DNA of 64,000 bases from Selaginella moellendorffii (GCF_000143415.4 NW_003314261.1:3836880-3900879); one strand, 5' to 3'; numbered from the stretch's first letter, positions 1-11,448 are shown. Notes: generated by a model from the letters alone, not told the origin. A program made the numbers and translations.

Positions 1-2025
1 CCACCTTGCTTGACGACGGCTTAAAACTCGGGAAGTGGCAAAGTACTCGAGATTTTTGTGATCCGTCCAGACTGTTGTTTGATGGCTCGCCCCCTCCAAG
101 AAACGGCGCCACTCTCCAAAGGAATCCACGATGGCAAGAAGCTCCTTGTCGTGGATTTTGTAATTGATCTCCGCAGGCTGGAATTTCCGAGAATGGAAAG
201 CGACCGGATGAAGTTCGTGATCCGCTCCAAGTTGAGATAGCACAGCACTAATGGCAAAGTCGGAGGCGTCAGCCTCGATGAAGAAAGGTTGTGAGGAATC
301 AGCATGGATCAAGACAGGAGCAGAACTGAAGGCCGCCTTGAGTGTGTCGAAAGCCTGCTGGGCAGCAGCAGACCAAGAGAAGGGAACATCCTTGCGAGTG
401 AGATGTGTGAGAGGAAGGACAATGTCAGAGTAGTGATCAATGAATTTGCGGTAGAAGTTGGCGAAGCCAAGGAAAACCTGAACGTCTGACATTGATTGTG
501 GAGGCTCCCATTCGAGAATAGTCTTGACTTTTGCAGGATCCATCGTGATACCCTCAGGAGTGACAATGTACCCAAGGAACTCCACAGACTGCTGATCAAA
601 GGAACATTTCTCAAGCTTCGCGTATAGGCCGTGTTCTCGCAGCTTCGCTAGCACCTTGCGAACATGTTCGTCATGCTCCTCCTGAGTTTTTGAGTAGATG
701 AGGATGTCATCGAGGTAGACGATCACCATCTGATCAAGAAACTCCCGAAAAACGTCGTTCGCCATGTGTTGGAAAACCGCTGGAGCATTTGTCAAGCCAA
801 ATGGCATGACAGTGTACTCGAAGTGGCCATAGCGGGTTCGGAACGCAGTCTTCCATTCATCACCAGGCTGGATCCGGATCAGGTTGTATGCTCCACGGAG
901 GTCGATCTTGGTGAAGAAGCGGGCACCGCCGAGGCATTCCAACAGGTCCGAGATCAGGGGCAGCGGATAACGGTTCCGAACAGTCACCTTGTTCAAACCT
1001 CGGTAGTCGATGACTAGCCGCAAGCTCCCATCCTTCTTCTTGACAAAGAAGACAAGCGCTCCAGCCGGGGACTGCGAATGCTGAATGTAGCCCGAGGCAA
1101 GATTCTCATCCACGTACTCTTTGAGGGCCTTAAGCTCGGACGGGGATAACCCGTAGATAGGCCCCCACGGAGGTGACGCTCCTTCCTGTAAATCAATGGG
1201 ACAATCATAAGGCCGATGAACAGGCAGTACACTAGCTTTTTTCTTGTCAAACACATCCCCAAAATCATGATACTTCTCAGGAAGACTGACAGGAGAAACA
1301 TGCAAAGCAAAAAGAAAAAGAGGTTCTTCATGAAGGAGTTCTTTCATAGTGATTGTGGAGATAGGAGGAGGAGTATGACTAAATGGAATGATGAGACGAG
1401 GATACTGTCCAGTGTAAGATGGAAGAGAGAAAAAAGAAGAGGATGAAAACTGCGTAGAGTCAGGAACAGAACCCCAACTTGAGTTTAGGGAACTTTTCCT
1501 GATTCGGACTCGATGAACACCAGGGGAAGCCGTGGGAGATGGTGATGTGGGAGAGATGAGCTGTAAGTCCTTCCAACAAATCTGAGGCTGATGTAGTTGG
1601 AACCAAGGAAGACCGAGCACCACAGAGGAAGACTTGCTGTTGATGATGTTGAAGGCGATATTGGTGACGGTGGACCCGATGTGTACTCGAACGGGCAACG
1701 TTTCCCTAAGTCCAGAAGATGGAGACACAAAATGCCCGCCGATGCCTTCAACCCTTAGATCCCGTATGGTAGGAGAAAGAGGAACGTGATGTCGGGCAGC
1801 AAAGTCCGTGTCCATGAAGCAGGAAGTTGCACCCGAGTCTAGTAGCACCAAAGCCTTGAGTCCTGATTGTCCGGTGAAAGAAAGGAGACATGGGACGCGG
1901 AAGTTGCGGGAATTGGTGGTGGCTTTGATGAAAGGTGGTGAGGAGCTTGATAAGGAAGAAAAGTGATTTTTATTTGGGGAGTCCAAACATACAGCTCCTA
2001 CTCTGTTTGGACAGGGTCGTTTCCC
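1..2025 (-). CDS. pol: Pol polyprotein (aspartic protease, reverse transcriptase, RNase H), partial; in the -1 frame relative to gag
   Basis: Hand translation is stop-free from 2025 to 1: LLDSGATSCF (protease), MPFGLTNAP and VYLDDILIYS (YLDD at 706-717), FIEADASDFA and HDKELLAIV (RNase H). Absent from the ORF track because its stop is outside the window. Confidence 0.95.
1941..2025 (-). promoter_or_regulatory. Programmed -1 ribosomal frameshift signal (G GGA AAC plus H-type pseudoknot)
   Basis: Heptamer at 2025-2019 in the gag frame; 6-nt spacer; 9-bp stem GTCCAAACA/TGTTTGGAC; loop AGGAGCT complementary to AGCTCCT at 1947-1941. Confidence 0.85.
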
Positions 2026-2975
2026 GACTGCAACAGTGGTGGACTTTGAGGCAGAGTGAACTCGAGCAATCGGGGAGGCTTCCTGGGACACACAGCTGCT
2101 TTGTGATTAGGATCAGCACAGTAGAGGCAAAGATTATGAGATATTCGACGTTGCCTCTCAGCAGGACTCAACTTCCCTCTAATGAGTCGGGGAGTACCAG
2201 AAATATCCATCGGGACCGGAGCAGTAGGTTCAGGACTATGCCCCGAAGACTCAAGCTGGGATTCCTGAGTCTGGGACGGAAAAACAGCGGCGCGGCGACT
2301 TTCCTGATGACGTTCAAAGAGACGATTGTCACATCGAACAGCTTTGTTGATGGCATCCGACAGGTCCTTGGGATCCTCCATGGTGAGCAACAAATCCTTG
2401 ACACCGTTGTTGAGGCCGAAACGAAATTGGTCAATCAGGGCCCGCTCATCCCACTGAGTGTCCAAGGCAAGGAGTTGGAACTCTGCAGCGTAGATCGAGG
2501 CAGGACGAGACCCCTGAGAGAGACGTCTCATCTTTGTGGTAGCAGCCTGAACCCGATCCGTCTCGCCAAAACATGCTTCGAGCTTCTCTTTGAACAATTG
2601 AAGATCCATCAGCTCCGGAACCACGACCCCTTTCATGCTCTTCTCCAGAAGAGGAGAAAACCATGACAAAGCTGCACCCTCGAGCAACGTCCCAATCGCG
2701 CCGATTTGAGACTCGGGAGTGGGGTACCGCCGATGTTGAAGTGCAAAGATCAGCTCCATTTGATTCAAAAATCCACGAAGCTCCGAACGCTTGCCTGAAA
2801 AATTCGCCGGGAAACTCACCTTCGGTTCAGGAACTTTGCTGGATCCTTGAGCCGAAAGTGAAGCAAGCTCCTGCTGCATGCGAAGAAGGGTCGCCTTCAG
2901 CTCGGTATTCTCAGACTGGATTTTTGCAAGAACTTCGGCAAAGAAATCAGGATGGCTTGGAGACTCCATTGGCAA
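1998..2975 (-). CDS. gag: Gag with retrotransposon gag domain and CX2CX4HX4C zinc knuckle
   Basis: 325-aa ORF; LRGFLNQM..., QFRFGLNNGVKD, VPMDIS, CLYCADPNHKAAVC. Confidence 0.93.
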   Translation of the reverse strand: MPMESPSHPDFFAEVLAKIQSENTELKATLLRMQQELASLSAQGSSKVPEPKVSFPANFSGKRSELRGFLNQMELIFALQHRRYPTPESQIGAIGTLLEGAALSWFSPLLEKSMKGVVVPELMDLQLFKEKLEACFGETDRVQAATTKMRRLSQGSRPASIYAAEFQLLALDTQWDERALIDQFRFGLNNGVKDLLLTMEDPKDLSDAINKAVRCDNRLFERHQESRRAAVFPSQTQESQLESSGHSPEPTAPVPMDISGTPRLIRGKLSPAERQRRISHNLCLYCADPNHKAAVCPRKPPRLLEFTLPQSPPLLQSGNDPVQTE

Positions 2976-3049
2976 GAAGAAAGAAAAGAAAGGGGGGAAA
3001 AGACAAAGGCAATCAAATAATCAAAACAAGCTAAAAGAAAAGCAAAAAA

Positions 3050-3066
3050 CACAATCTGAATCAAAC
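3050..3066 (-). promoter_or_regulatory. Primer-binding site of self-priming type
   Basis: Immediately 3' of the LTR; 3050-3064 is the exact reverse complement of LTR-internal 3157-3171; no TGG tRNA-type PBS. Confidence 0.8.
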
Positions 3067-3415
3067 TGTCAAGACCCCCAACAAGATCAAGACTGGAAAA
3101 TGCTAAAGACAAAGAGAAAAAGCTAGTGAAAACAAAGAAGAGGCCTTAGACTGGTGTTGATTCAGATTGTGGAGAAATGGAACAAGGCTAACCTATATAT
3201 ACTATAGGTTGATGAAGCTCCACCACTCTTGGATCGAGGACAGCCTAAATACAGCTGAGGTCGAGGAGGCGCCACATCATCATCAGGAATGTGGCTCGAG
3301 ACTCAGGAATCGGGAAGTGTCTCGAGAGTCAGGAATAGGGAAGTGTCTCGAGAGTCAGGAATAGAGAAGTGTCTCGAGAGTCAGGAATGTGGCAAGAATT
3401 GAGGGATTTCTGACA
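3067..3415 (-). repeat. 5' LTR (349 bp) of the gypsy element
   Basis: TGTCA...TGACA termini; TATATATA at 3194-3201; internal 26-bp tandem repeats. Confidence 0.88.
3296..3390. repeat. 26-bp tandem repeat (~3.6 copies, CTCGAGAGTCAGGAATAGGGAAGTGT) in LTR U3
   Basis: Directly visible unit repetition. Confidence 0.9.
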
Positions 3416-3871
3416 GAGGTACCCATACTTTGCTGTTAGGCCACGGTTTTTCACCCCGGTGTCTCAAAGCAAGTGTTGCATTGAAGGCTTAGGATTTAAA
3501 GGGTCCCATGATCAAATCTTGTTGCACCAAGGGATGTTAGAAACCTGGAGGCTTGGTGTGCTTGGCTGCTTGTGCCTACGGGGAGTGTAGCCGAACCTTA
3601 AGTCCAGTCTAACCCGGGGAGGGGGATTGGGAGAGATTTGGTAATCTATGGATGGATAGCTAACACTCCGTTGCTCATGCAGTGAGTAGCTGAAATAGAG
3701 TAGCACCAAATAGGAGCTGGTACAATAGGCAGGAACCTTGGTGAGGGAACTTAGCAAAAGCCAAAGCAATGTTGGTCGGATAGACGAGGTAAGCTGCCAA
3801 ATTAGAAAGGAAAAATTTGTGGCTTACAATTCGATGAAGGCCTCTACAATGAGATGTCATTGTGGATGACA
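3416..3871 (-). mobile_element. Probable LTR of a second retroelement, interrupted by the gypsy insertion
   Basis: Non-coding; begins TGTCA on the minus strand at 3871; abuts the gypsy LTR. Confidence 0.35.
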
Positions 3872-3874
3872 TAG

Positions 3875-4392
3875 TCGAGAGCTAATGTTCCAAGTAGCCA
3901 CCGAGTTGATACATCTATGGGTTCTACAATTCCAAATGAGTCATCAGGCTATAGTAAGTTCATTTAGATTTTTTGATTGACTTTTGTTTTTCTTTTTTTT
4001 CAGAGACAAATGCAACTGCAGATCCAGATCCAGATGTTATATTTGAGACACAAGATCCTAAAGATGCTAATGAGGACATTCCAGAAGTACAAGTTAGTGG
4101 GAAGAAAGTTCCAATTGCTACAGGAAAAAAACGCAAGTGCACTCTAAAGGGATCTGATGGTCTTCTTGAGCAAAGTGACGAGCAAAGGAAAGCAATGATG
4201 CAAGAACTTCGAGATAGCAACATACAAATGATGGAAAAAATGGAGGTAGCTGATGATTGACGCCGCCAAACTTCAATTGTTGCTGCAGATAAGAGAGTTG
4301 CAATGATGTTGCAAGGAACACACATGATGTGTGAGGAACTTCGATTGCTACGGCAGGCTTTTGTGGAATCAACGGTGACAAAGGAGAAGTAG
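3875..4392 (+). pseudogene. 3' exons of a decayed gene, possibly the Harbinger second (Myb/SANT-type) ORF
   Basis: GT-AG intron ~3955-4002; acidic stretch, KKRK and coiled-coil tail with an in-frame TGA at 4258; convergent with the Harbinger transposase. Confidence 0.4.
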
Positions 4393-4647
4393 AATTGCAA
4401 ACTTTGTATTTTAAAGTTACACTTATTTAACACAACATTTTAGAGTTTATGGGTTTTGGAATCTAGAATGCATCTGGAATGGATATGAAACAAGAGGCAT
4501 TTTAAGGAGAATCATGGACAGTTTTGCTATAGTTGGTCCGTGATGTCACTACAGCGTTGGATCGAGAACAGGTACAAACAGAAAAGCAGGAGAGAAAGAA
4601 TTCCTCCATTGTTTTTATACTGCTTACAGGTGGTGATCGCTCGTGAT

Positions 4648-4813
4648 CGAGGAGGCGCCACATCATCATCAGGAATGTGGCTCGAGACTCAGGAATCGGG
4701 AAGTGTCTCGAGAGTCAGGAATAGGGAAGTGTCTCGAGAGTCAGGAATGTGGTTTGCAGGTTAGGAATCCGGCGAGAGTCAAGAATGTGGCAAGAATTGG
4801 GGGATTCCTGACA
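4648..4813 (-). repeat. Truncated solo-LTR fragment of the same gypsy family
   Basis: Near-identical to ~3262-3415, including the 26-bp repeats and TGACA terminus. Confidence 0.88.
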
Positions 4814-5446
4814 GTGATCTTGCTAAAGGAAGCGACCGATGGATGGATCAATCAATCAATCACAAAGGTATTTATACTCTCACTCTGCTGGTTTTCCTGG
4901 ATGAATCATCACTTTGGCTTGTCCACACCACTCACTTTGTTATTAAGCTGACTTCAACCGCCACTCACTCACTCTCTCATTTTTACAAATCCCTCAGGAA
5001 GGAAGACGAAGATGGTAGTAGCATTTTATCCGTTGAAAGCAACAGTGACCAAATCAACGCTAGTGGCGAGTGTCAATTCGAGATCAACAGACAAAAAGAA
5101 ATTCGCAGATTGAGAACAGGTACAAACAGAAGAAAGAATTCCTCCATTGATCGGCGAGAGCTTGATGTAAACCAGAACAGGTAATAGTGTTTTTTTTGTT
5201 CGTTTGTTGCTGCTGGTTTACTGTTTACATTCCAGCGCAAACACCTAGCCTCGATACTGATAATCGCCAGAGGGAGCTCGACGTAAACCATCGCCTAGAG
5301 AGTGTGTCGCCATTGTTGTGATCACCGTTCTTCTGAGCTGCCGGTTTACTGTGGCGCAAGTCTCATGCAGCAAGATCTTAAAAGAGGATCAACACCAAAA
5401 CGTTTACTTTTTGTCACTCTTAAGTAAATAAAGTACAAAAGTATTG

Positions 5447-6823
5447 TCACTCTAAGCTCTCTATAAACTTTTCCACTGTGTCTCTCAATGCTATGCCATC
5501 TTTAGCTGAATGAAGAGACCTTTGTGGAAGGTAGCCTGCATCATGGTTAAATTTGTCGGGGTCAAAATCTTCCATGAACCTATCATTCTATGTGATCATT
5601 AAGTTATGTAGCACACAACAAACCATGATGTTATTTGCAAGGATGCTTGGATGACCTCTAAATCCTTTCCGAGCTAGCAATTTCCATTGCCTCTTTAAAA
5701 TTCCAAAAGATCACTTGACAACAATCCTCGTAGAAGAATGAAGGAAGTTGTACTGCTCTTTGCCATGAAACCTGTTTGGATATGGGACCAACACCGGTAA
5801 AGCACAGTCATATCCTCCATTTGCAATGATATATTGTGGAATGTCCCCAAACTCTGTGTGGTACACTGGACCACATAAATGCTTCTTCTCAATCCAAGCC
5901 TTCTTCAAACCACTAGAATTCCAAACTCATCTATCTGGAACACTACCTGCTATCCCTGTTGTTATGTCAAGGAATGAAGTCTTACTGTCTACCACATCTT
6001 GAACTACCATCGAGTAATACTTTTTTGCCCTAGCATACCAATCCATTGCATCCTCTGATCCTAGGAGCTCAATTGCAATGTGAGTGCAATCCATTGCACC
6101 ACAACAATTTGGGAATCCACACAATCTCTAACATCCAGTTATAACTTCTTTCATTCCCTCCTCATCTGGCCAATGGATCATTAGTCCTTCATGCTCAAGC
6201 AATGCATACCTGAAACGGTGTAGACAAGCTTGGGTAGTGCATGAAGCCACTCCAAATGCATCATCAATTGTTTGCCATATATCCCCAGATGCCAAATGTT
6301 TCAAAGCAATAGCTACTTGCTTTGAAACAGGCAAGTGCCGCCCTGGTATTTCTGCCAAACTTGGAGGAGGCCTCTTAACTAATTTTGGAGCAAGCTCATC
6401 ACAAAGAAAAGTGAATGTAGATACCAAAACCCAAAAAACTTCTCTAAATCTTTGTGGATCTATATGAAGAACCTCAAGCTCTATTTGATACCACCAATGT
6501 AGACTTCTCGGCTTGATGTAATATGCGCTGATCGATAGCCCTAGAAGCTCCTTTTTAGTGATCACTCTCTCAACAAATGAAGATGTAGCGGGACATGGCA
6601 TAGAAAGAACTATAGCAATCGCTTCCTCCACGAATAAGAGTTTTCTTGAAATTGGAACTAAAATCATGTCCTCCTCCTCCAGAAAGAACAACTCTACCAA
6701 ATTTAAGTACCTCATCACAATCCCTACAGCATGGGAAATGATCGCCAAAGAAGAATCGGTGAGCCGTGGCATGCTGTGCACCATACTTGCATTTGAACAG
6801 GTATGATTAATAAAAAATGCCAT
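5447..6823 (-). pseudogene. PIF/Harbinger (HARBI1-like DDE) transposase, decayed
   Basis: KQVAIALKHLASG, GFPNCCGAMDCTHIAI, SMVVQ..VD, AGSVPD, HSSTRIVV; several stops and frameshifts. Confidence 0.9.
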
Positions 6824-6964
6824 TTAAAATGCGCGTATAATATGGTGTTTAAACACCAAGAATATTTTTAAAAAACCCGAAAGAATATACTTTCTTTTAC
6901 TTAGGATTAGGGTTCATGTAAAATCAGGGTTCGCGGGATCCGGAAGCACTGAGGTAAGTCCGGG

Positions 6965-9176
6965 ATGGGGGGAGGAAGGCAGCCATGCTGGAGCTGGGCT
7001 CATGTTCTGAAATTGAGGCTGACATCCGAGACAAGCCATGGCATGAGTCCATGGAAGTGTAAGTATTGCTCGAATACTTACACCGGCGCGGCTGAACGAG
7101 TTCGCGCTCACCTTGGGGGTGTGAAAGGAAGGAATGTAGAGATTTGTACAGAACAGGTGCCACTGGAGGTGGTGAACAAGGCTCGGGCATCTTTTAATCA
7201 TGTGGAGCTCACGAAGAGCTCCATGATTGCAGCAAGTCCCCAAGAGAGACTTGCCTTAGCTCACGAGACTAAGGTCGGTGAGGTGAGCGGTGGTGCCAGC
7301 TGCGGGGCAAGTGGTGGGGCTACTGGAGTGCTGGGCGAGGTGAGCAGCGGCAGCGTTCCACTTTCCGGGAGCAGCAGTTTTAAACGAAGTGCTACACCGG
7401 TGCTAGATGGTGACATTCGAAAGATGATGAAGTCTGCAAAGGTTCAATGTCTGGATGATGTAGTGGCCAAGTTCTTCTACATTGAAAATATCCCTTTCAA
7501 CACCATTCAGAGGCCAAATCTGAGGAAGTTGCTTCAAGCTGCTATTGACTTCGGCCCTAGAGCTCTTGCACAGATGATGGGATATGAGAAGCTGCAGAGT
7601 ACACAGCTGAAGAAGATTTATGATAGTGTCAATGCTCGACTTGATCCAATCCATGAGGGTTGGAGAAGATATGGAGTTAGCATCGTCACCGATGGCTGGT
7701 CTGACAACTGTAGCTGATCCTTGATCAACTTCATGGCCTCCAACGTCCAGGGTTCAGTTTTCTTGAAGTCTGTAGATTCCAAGGGCAGGACAAAGACAGG
7801 AGAGTGGATTTGGGTCGAGCTGAAGAAAGTGATTCAAGAAGTTGGCAAAGAAAACATTGTTCAGGTGATCACTGACAATGCATCAAACTGTGTGCAGATG
7901 GGAGAACTCATGACAGCTGAGTATCCTCACATTCTCCACAGCATGTGTGTGTGCCACGTCTTGGACCTTCTCTTCGACATCGGGAGCTTGTCATGGGTAA
8001 AACCACTGGTGAAAGGCTGCAACGAGGTGGTAACTTTTATCACCAAAAAACTTCATGTTCTGGCTTTGTTTTGGAAGCTGAGAAATCGGGATCTCATCAA
8101 GATGGCGAGCACAAGGTTCGCTTACATGTTTCTAGTGATGTCTCAGCTCCTGAATCTGACGACCTTGGAGGCATTGAAGGAGATAGTTGTGAGCTCTGAG
8201 TGGCAGCGATTGGACGTCACAAAGACCACCAAAGCCTAGCGCATTCGAACTCGGATCTCAGAAGAGACTCCGAACTCTTTCTGGACTAGATGCCAGCACT
8301 TGTTGGTGCTGCTTGGACTGCTCCTCAAGGTCTTGAAGCTTGCAGACCGGGAGGGGACAACTTCCGGTCTCATTTTCGAGGCTATGGACCGGATGAATGA
8401 GAAGCTTTCAAAGGCTGTTAAGATTGGGATTTTAGCCGAGGAAGAAGTCGAGGAGATCAACAAGTTCATGATGGAGGATCATGGTGAGGGAGGTTGGAAA
8501 GTAGCTCGTTGGTTCTAGATGCATTCGATCTTGCATGGAGCTGCTTTTGTTCTAAACCCAGCTTTTCTTCATCTCCCTCTCAACCAGGAGGCTCAAGAAG
8601 ATTTTGTGGAGTACCTAGAGTTGTATTGCAAAGGAGATCGAGGACTTCAACACAAGCTGCTGCACGAGTTTCAGAGTTTCTGTCAACAACTTGGCCGTTT
8701 GTTCTCTTCGGAGGCAGCAAAGCAAGTGCATATAAACTGTTTGTTTGTCAACTTTTTAGACTGATTCTCTTGTATAGATGGAGAACCAAAAACACCTGGT
8801 GAGTTGGTGGAGCAACTTTGGTGCAGGCACACTAGAACTTCAAAGGCTTGCTTTACAGATCTTGAGTCAGCCAGTTTGTGCTTCACCATGCGATCGAAAC
8901 TAGAGCTCTTGGAGCATGATCCAGACGAAGAGGAAGTCTCGACTGCTCTCCAAAAACTCAAAGAAGCTGGTTTTTGTGCACACAAATATGTGTGTCATAC
9001 AGAAGATCGAGTCTGGGAGTTTGAGGCTTATCGAGCATGATCTTGATAACCTTGAGCTTGAGCCTCAATGGCAAAGGATCCTTGCACTTCAGGAGGTTGT
9101 TGAAGAACCTCTTCAACAACCTGATGATGACAGCACTAGTGGTGATGATGTTCTAGATTTGGAGGATGAAGATTAA
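6965..9176 (+). pseudogene. hAT-family transposase (BED finger plus DUF659/RNase H fold), decayed
   Basis: WKCKYC..RVRAHL, SIVTDGWSD, VQVITDNASN, CVCHVLDL, STRFA, LHGAAFVLNP; in-frame stops at 7715, 8237, 8516 and others. Confidence 0.9.
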
Positions 9177-9492
9177 ATTAAACCTATATTATATTATGTT
9201 AAATTTTGTTTAGTAACAGTTAATTATTTTTTAATTATATTAAAACTGAAAACCATTTTACCCGTTCGAAAAAAAGCTAAACAGGTATTAAACGTTTGAT
9301 ACCCGTTCAAATCCGGTTGCATTCGAATGTTCAGATGCAAATATGCTGTGCGCTCAATTTAGGGCAAACAAAATTGGCACCCTAATCCTGGGTTACATAT
9401 AACCATTAAAAAAAGGGGGAAGGGAATTTTTTTTGGAAGGGGGGGAGAAATTTCCAGGTGTGGAACCCCACCCTTAGTTTGTAGACACGCCT

Positions 9493-9634
9493 CAGTGGGA
9501 GTGTTGAGATTAAATGCTTAGGTAGATGCTTAGCTAAGCAGTTAAGATGATGTGGCATTAGACAGCCCATGTATATATAACTTCATATATACAATATGAG
9601 CAGTCATTGCCAGCAGTCGCTGCCTTTTTTATCA
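9493..9634 (+). mobile_element. Polypurine tract plus short (133 bp) copia-like 3' LTR
   Basis: AGTGGGAG then TGTTGAG (9502)...TTTATCA (9634), with internal TATATAA; a second diverged copy at 10720-10839. Confidence 0.6.
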
Positions 9635-10358
9635 CTGGCCTAGAGGTGAGCCGCAGAGTCGCGGTGGTGTCGCTCTTTAGCAGCGACCGAATGCCGCTGC
9701 TCGTGAAGGAGAGGATTGCGTGCTCCACATTTCTGGGGTCGGGGAAGGGCGGAGGCTCAATCTGGTACTCCGCTGGAGTGGATTCCGGTGGAATTGCGTC
9801 AGGAGCAGGGATCGATCCCAGTGCGGCCGATTGACACGATGCTCCTGGCCTGAGGAAATCAGCGCCCAGGTTTTCACGAAATCAGCCGTGGCAACTCCAT
9901 CGGCTGCGCTGTGGTGGGTCGCTACCTGGGCCGCACAGGAACCGAGTGAGCTTGATCGAGACAAGAGGAACTTCCGTGGTTTCTTGCGTTGGGAAGGCCT
10001 CGCGCGAAGCTAGGCTGTCGAGGCTGGGATTAAACTCGTGGAAGCTGCCGAGTTCTTCTTCTAGAGATTTGCTGGCGAGCGCTTCGAAGAACTCGATGCC
10101 GGAGTCGCAACACTGGATCTCGAGGGCCTGATTGGGAAGAAGCTTGTAGCGGCCGGCTAGCGGATAGAAGAGGGAGAGCGTCTTGGAGAGGGATAGCTTG
10201 AGCTGGTCGGAAGGGACGAATCGTGCGAAGAAGTAGAGGAAAGGCGTGTAGACCCGAGGAGCAATCTGGTCGAGGCAGCTGAGAAGTATGGACGGTCGTG
10301 GTAGTGGAGAGGAGTTCGCAGGCTTGATGAGCTCTCGGACATTGGAAGCTACTTCCAT
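9635..10358 (-). pseudogene. BAHD acyltransferase, 5' half, frameshifted and truncated
   Basis: LSCLDQ, LSKTLSLFYPLAGR, then HHSAADG (HXXXD) in another frame; AAHL* just before the LTR; no DFGWG. Confidence 0.88.
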
Positions 10359-10684
10359 TGGGATCTGCCTTGGATGGTGGTGGAAAAAAGATTTCAATGG
10401 AACTAAGGATGGAAGACGATCATCAGCTCTTTCTTATGCTTCCAGGAACTCGATTGGGACTTGGATTCTAGCTAGCGGAGCATTTCCAGTTGCTGTGGAC
10501 GATGATGTCAATGCGTGGATCAGATTGTGTGCAAAGTTGAATTCCACATAAAACTGAAGTAACAAGTTGTGGAGAATTTGTTCATGTACTTAAGCATTGA
10601 TTTGAGTGAAACGGCATTGCTACTATAACATTAGATAACTGGTGAATCCAATCCAGCAAAATCCGACGTGAATCTTTGCTCGCT

Positions 10685-10875
10685 TAGCTCCCCAAAAAGT
10701 GAAAACAATATCGATTAATGCAGCGACTGTTGGCAACGACTGCTCATATTGCTATATATACATGGGCTGTGGCAACTGCCTAATGCCACATCATCCTAAC
10801 TCCCTAGCTAAGAATCTACCTGAGCATCTAATCTCAACAATAGCTCCCCAAAAAGTGAAAACAATATCGATTAAT
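10685..10875. repeat. Inverted LTR fragment (10720-10839) between identical 35-bp direct repeats
   Basis: TAGCTCCCCAAAAAGTGAAAACAATATCGATTAAT at 10685-10719 and 10841-10875. Confidence 0.9.
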
Positions 10876-11448
10876 TCATTCATTGCTAACTCCATCCATG
10901 GAAGCATTTCAATGGAGGAAAGTCAAGAGTATGGCGAACAGATCGGACAAGATCAGCATCACATCGTAAAGCTAGTAAACGTTTGGACTTTTCTCTTGTA
11001 AGGATAGGCAGACATGTGGAAACCTTCTACCTTTAACACTGATGTCGAGGACGAATTCTCAACTCCTGCCAGAACTCCAGTTCCGGAAAGCAATCTTCGA
11101 TAGAGTTCTAATTCTTTCTTTTTTTGTTATTGTTTTTATCGACTAAGCAGATGATCCAGAGCCTGGTCCTTCAAAAGAAGTGGAACTCGAGAGAGCTACT
11201 CATGAATTCATTGGAAAACATCAGTGTACATGTCCTCGTTCTTCTGGATCATACTTTAATTTCTCTTTTTGCTCGGTGACTCCAGGACTAATTTTGTTCC
11301 AAATCCTCTCCTAGAATTAATTGTTCCTTCTTTCTTGACACCTCTCCTCTTATAAACTCGTCTTAAGCAACAAACTTTTCGAAGGCAGGTCTGGGACACC
11401 ATGGAACAACATGTAGCGCCTGCTGTTGAAGGCACGTGGAGTCATATA

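Larger units (their letters stand above)
1..3415 (-). mobile_element. Ty3/gypsy LTR retrotransposon (Tf1/sushi- or Tcn1-like chromovirus), 5' portion; continues past the left edge
   Basis: 5' LTR 3067-3415, gag with CCHC knuckle, and pol in the order PR-RT-RNaseH, all on the minus strand. Confidence 0.95.

Noticed and set aside
1998-2000. Stop-codon readthrough of the gag TAG
   Set aside because: Pol is in the -1 frame, not the gag frame
3296-3390. 26-bp repeats as a CRISPR-like array
   Set aside because: Head-to-tail units without unique spacers, inside an LTR in eukaryotic DNA
6902-9390. AGGATTAGGGT / ACCCTAATCCT as hAT terminal inverted repeats
   Set aside because: Only 11 bp, telo-box-like, and no matching 8-bp TSD
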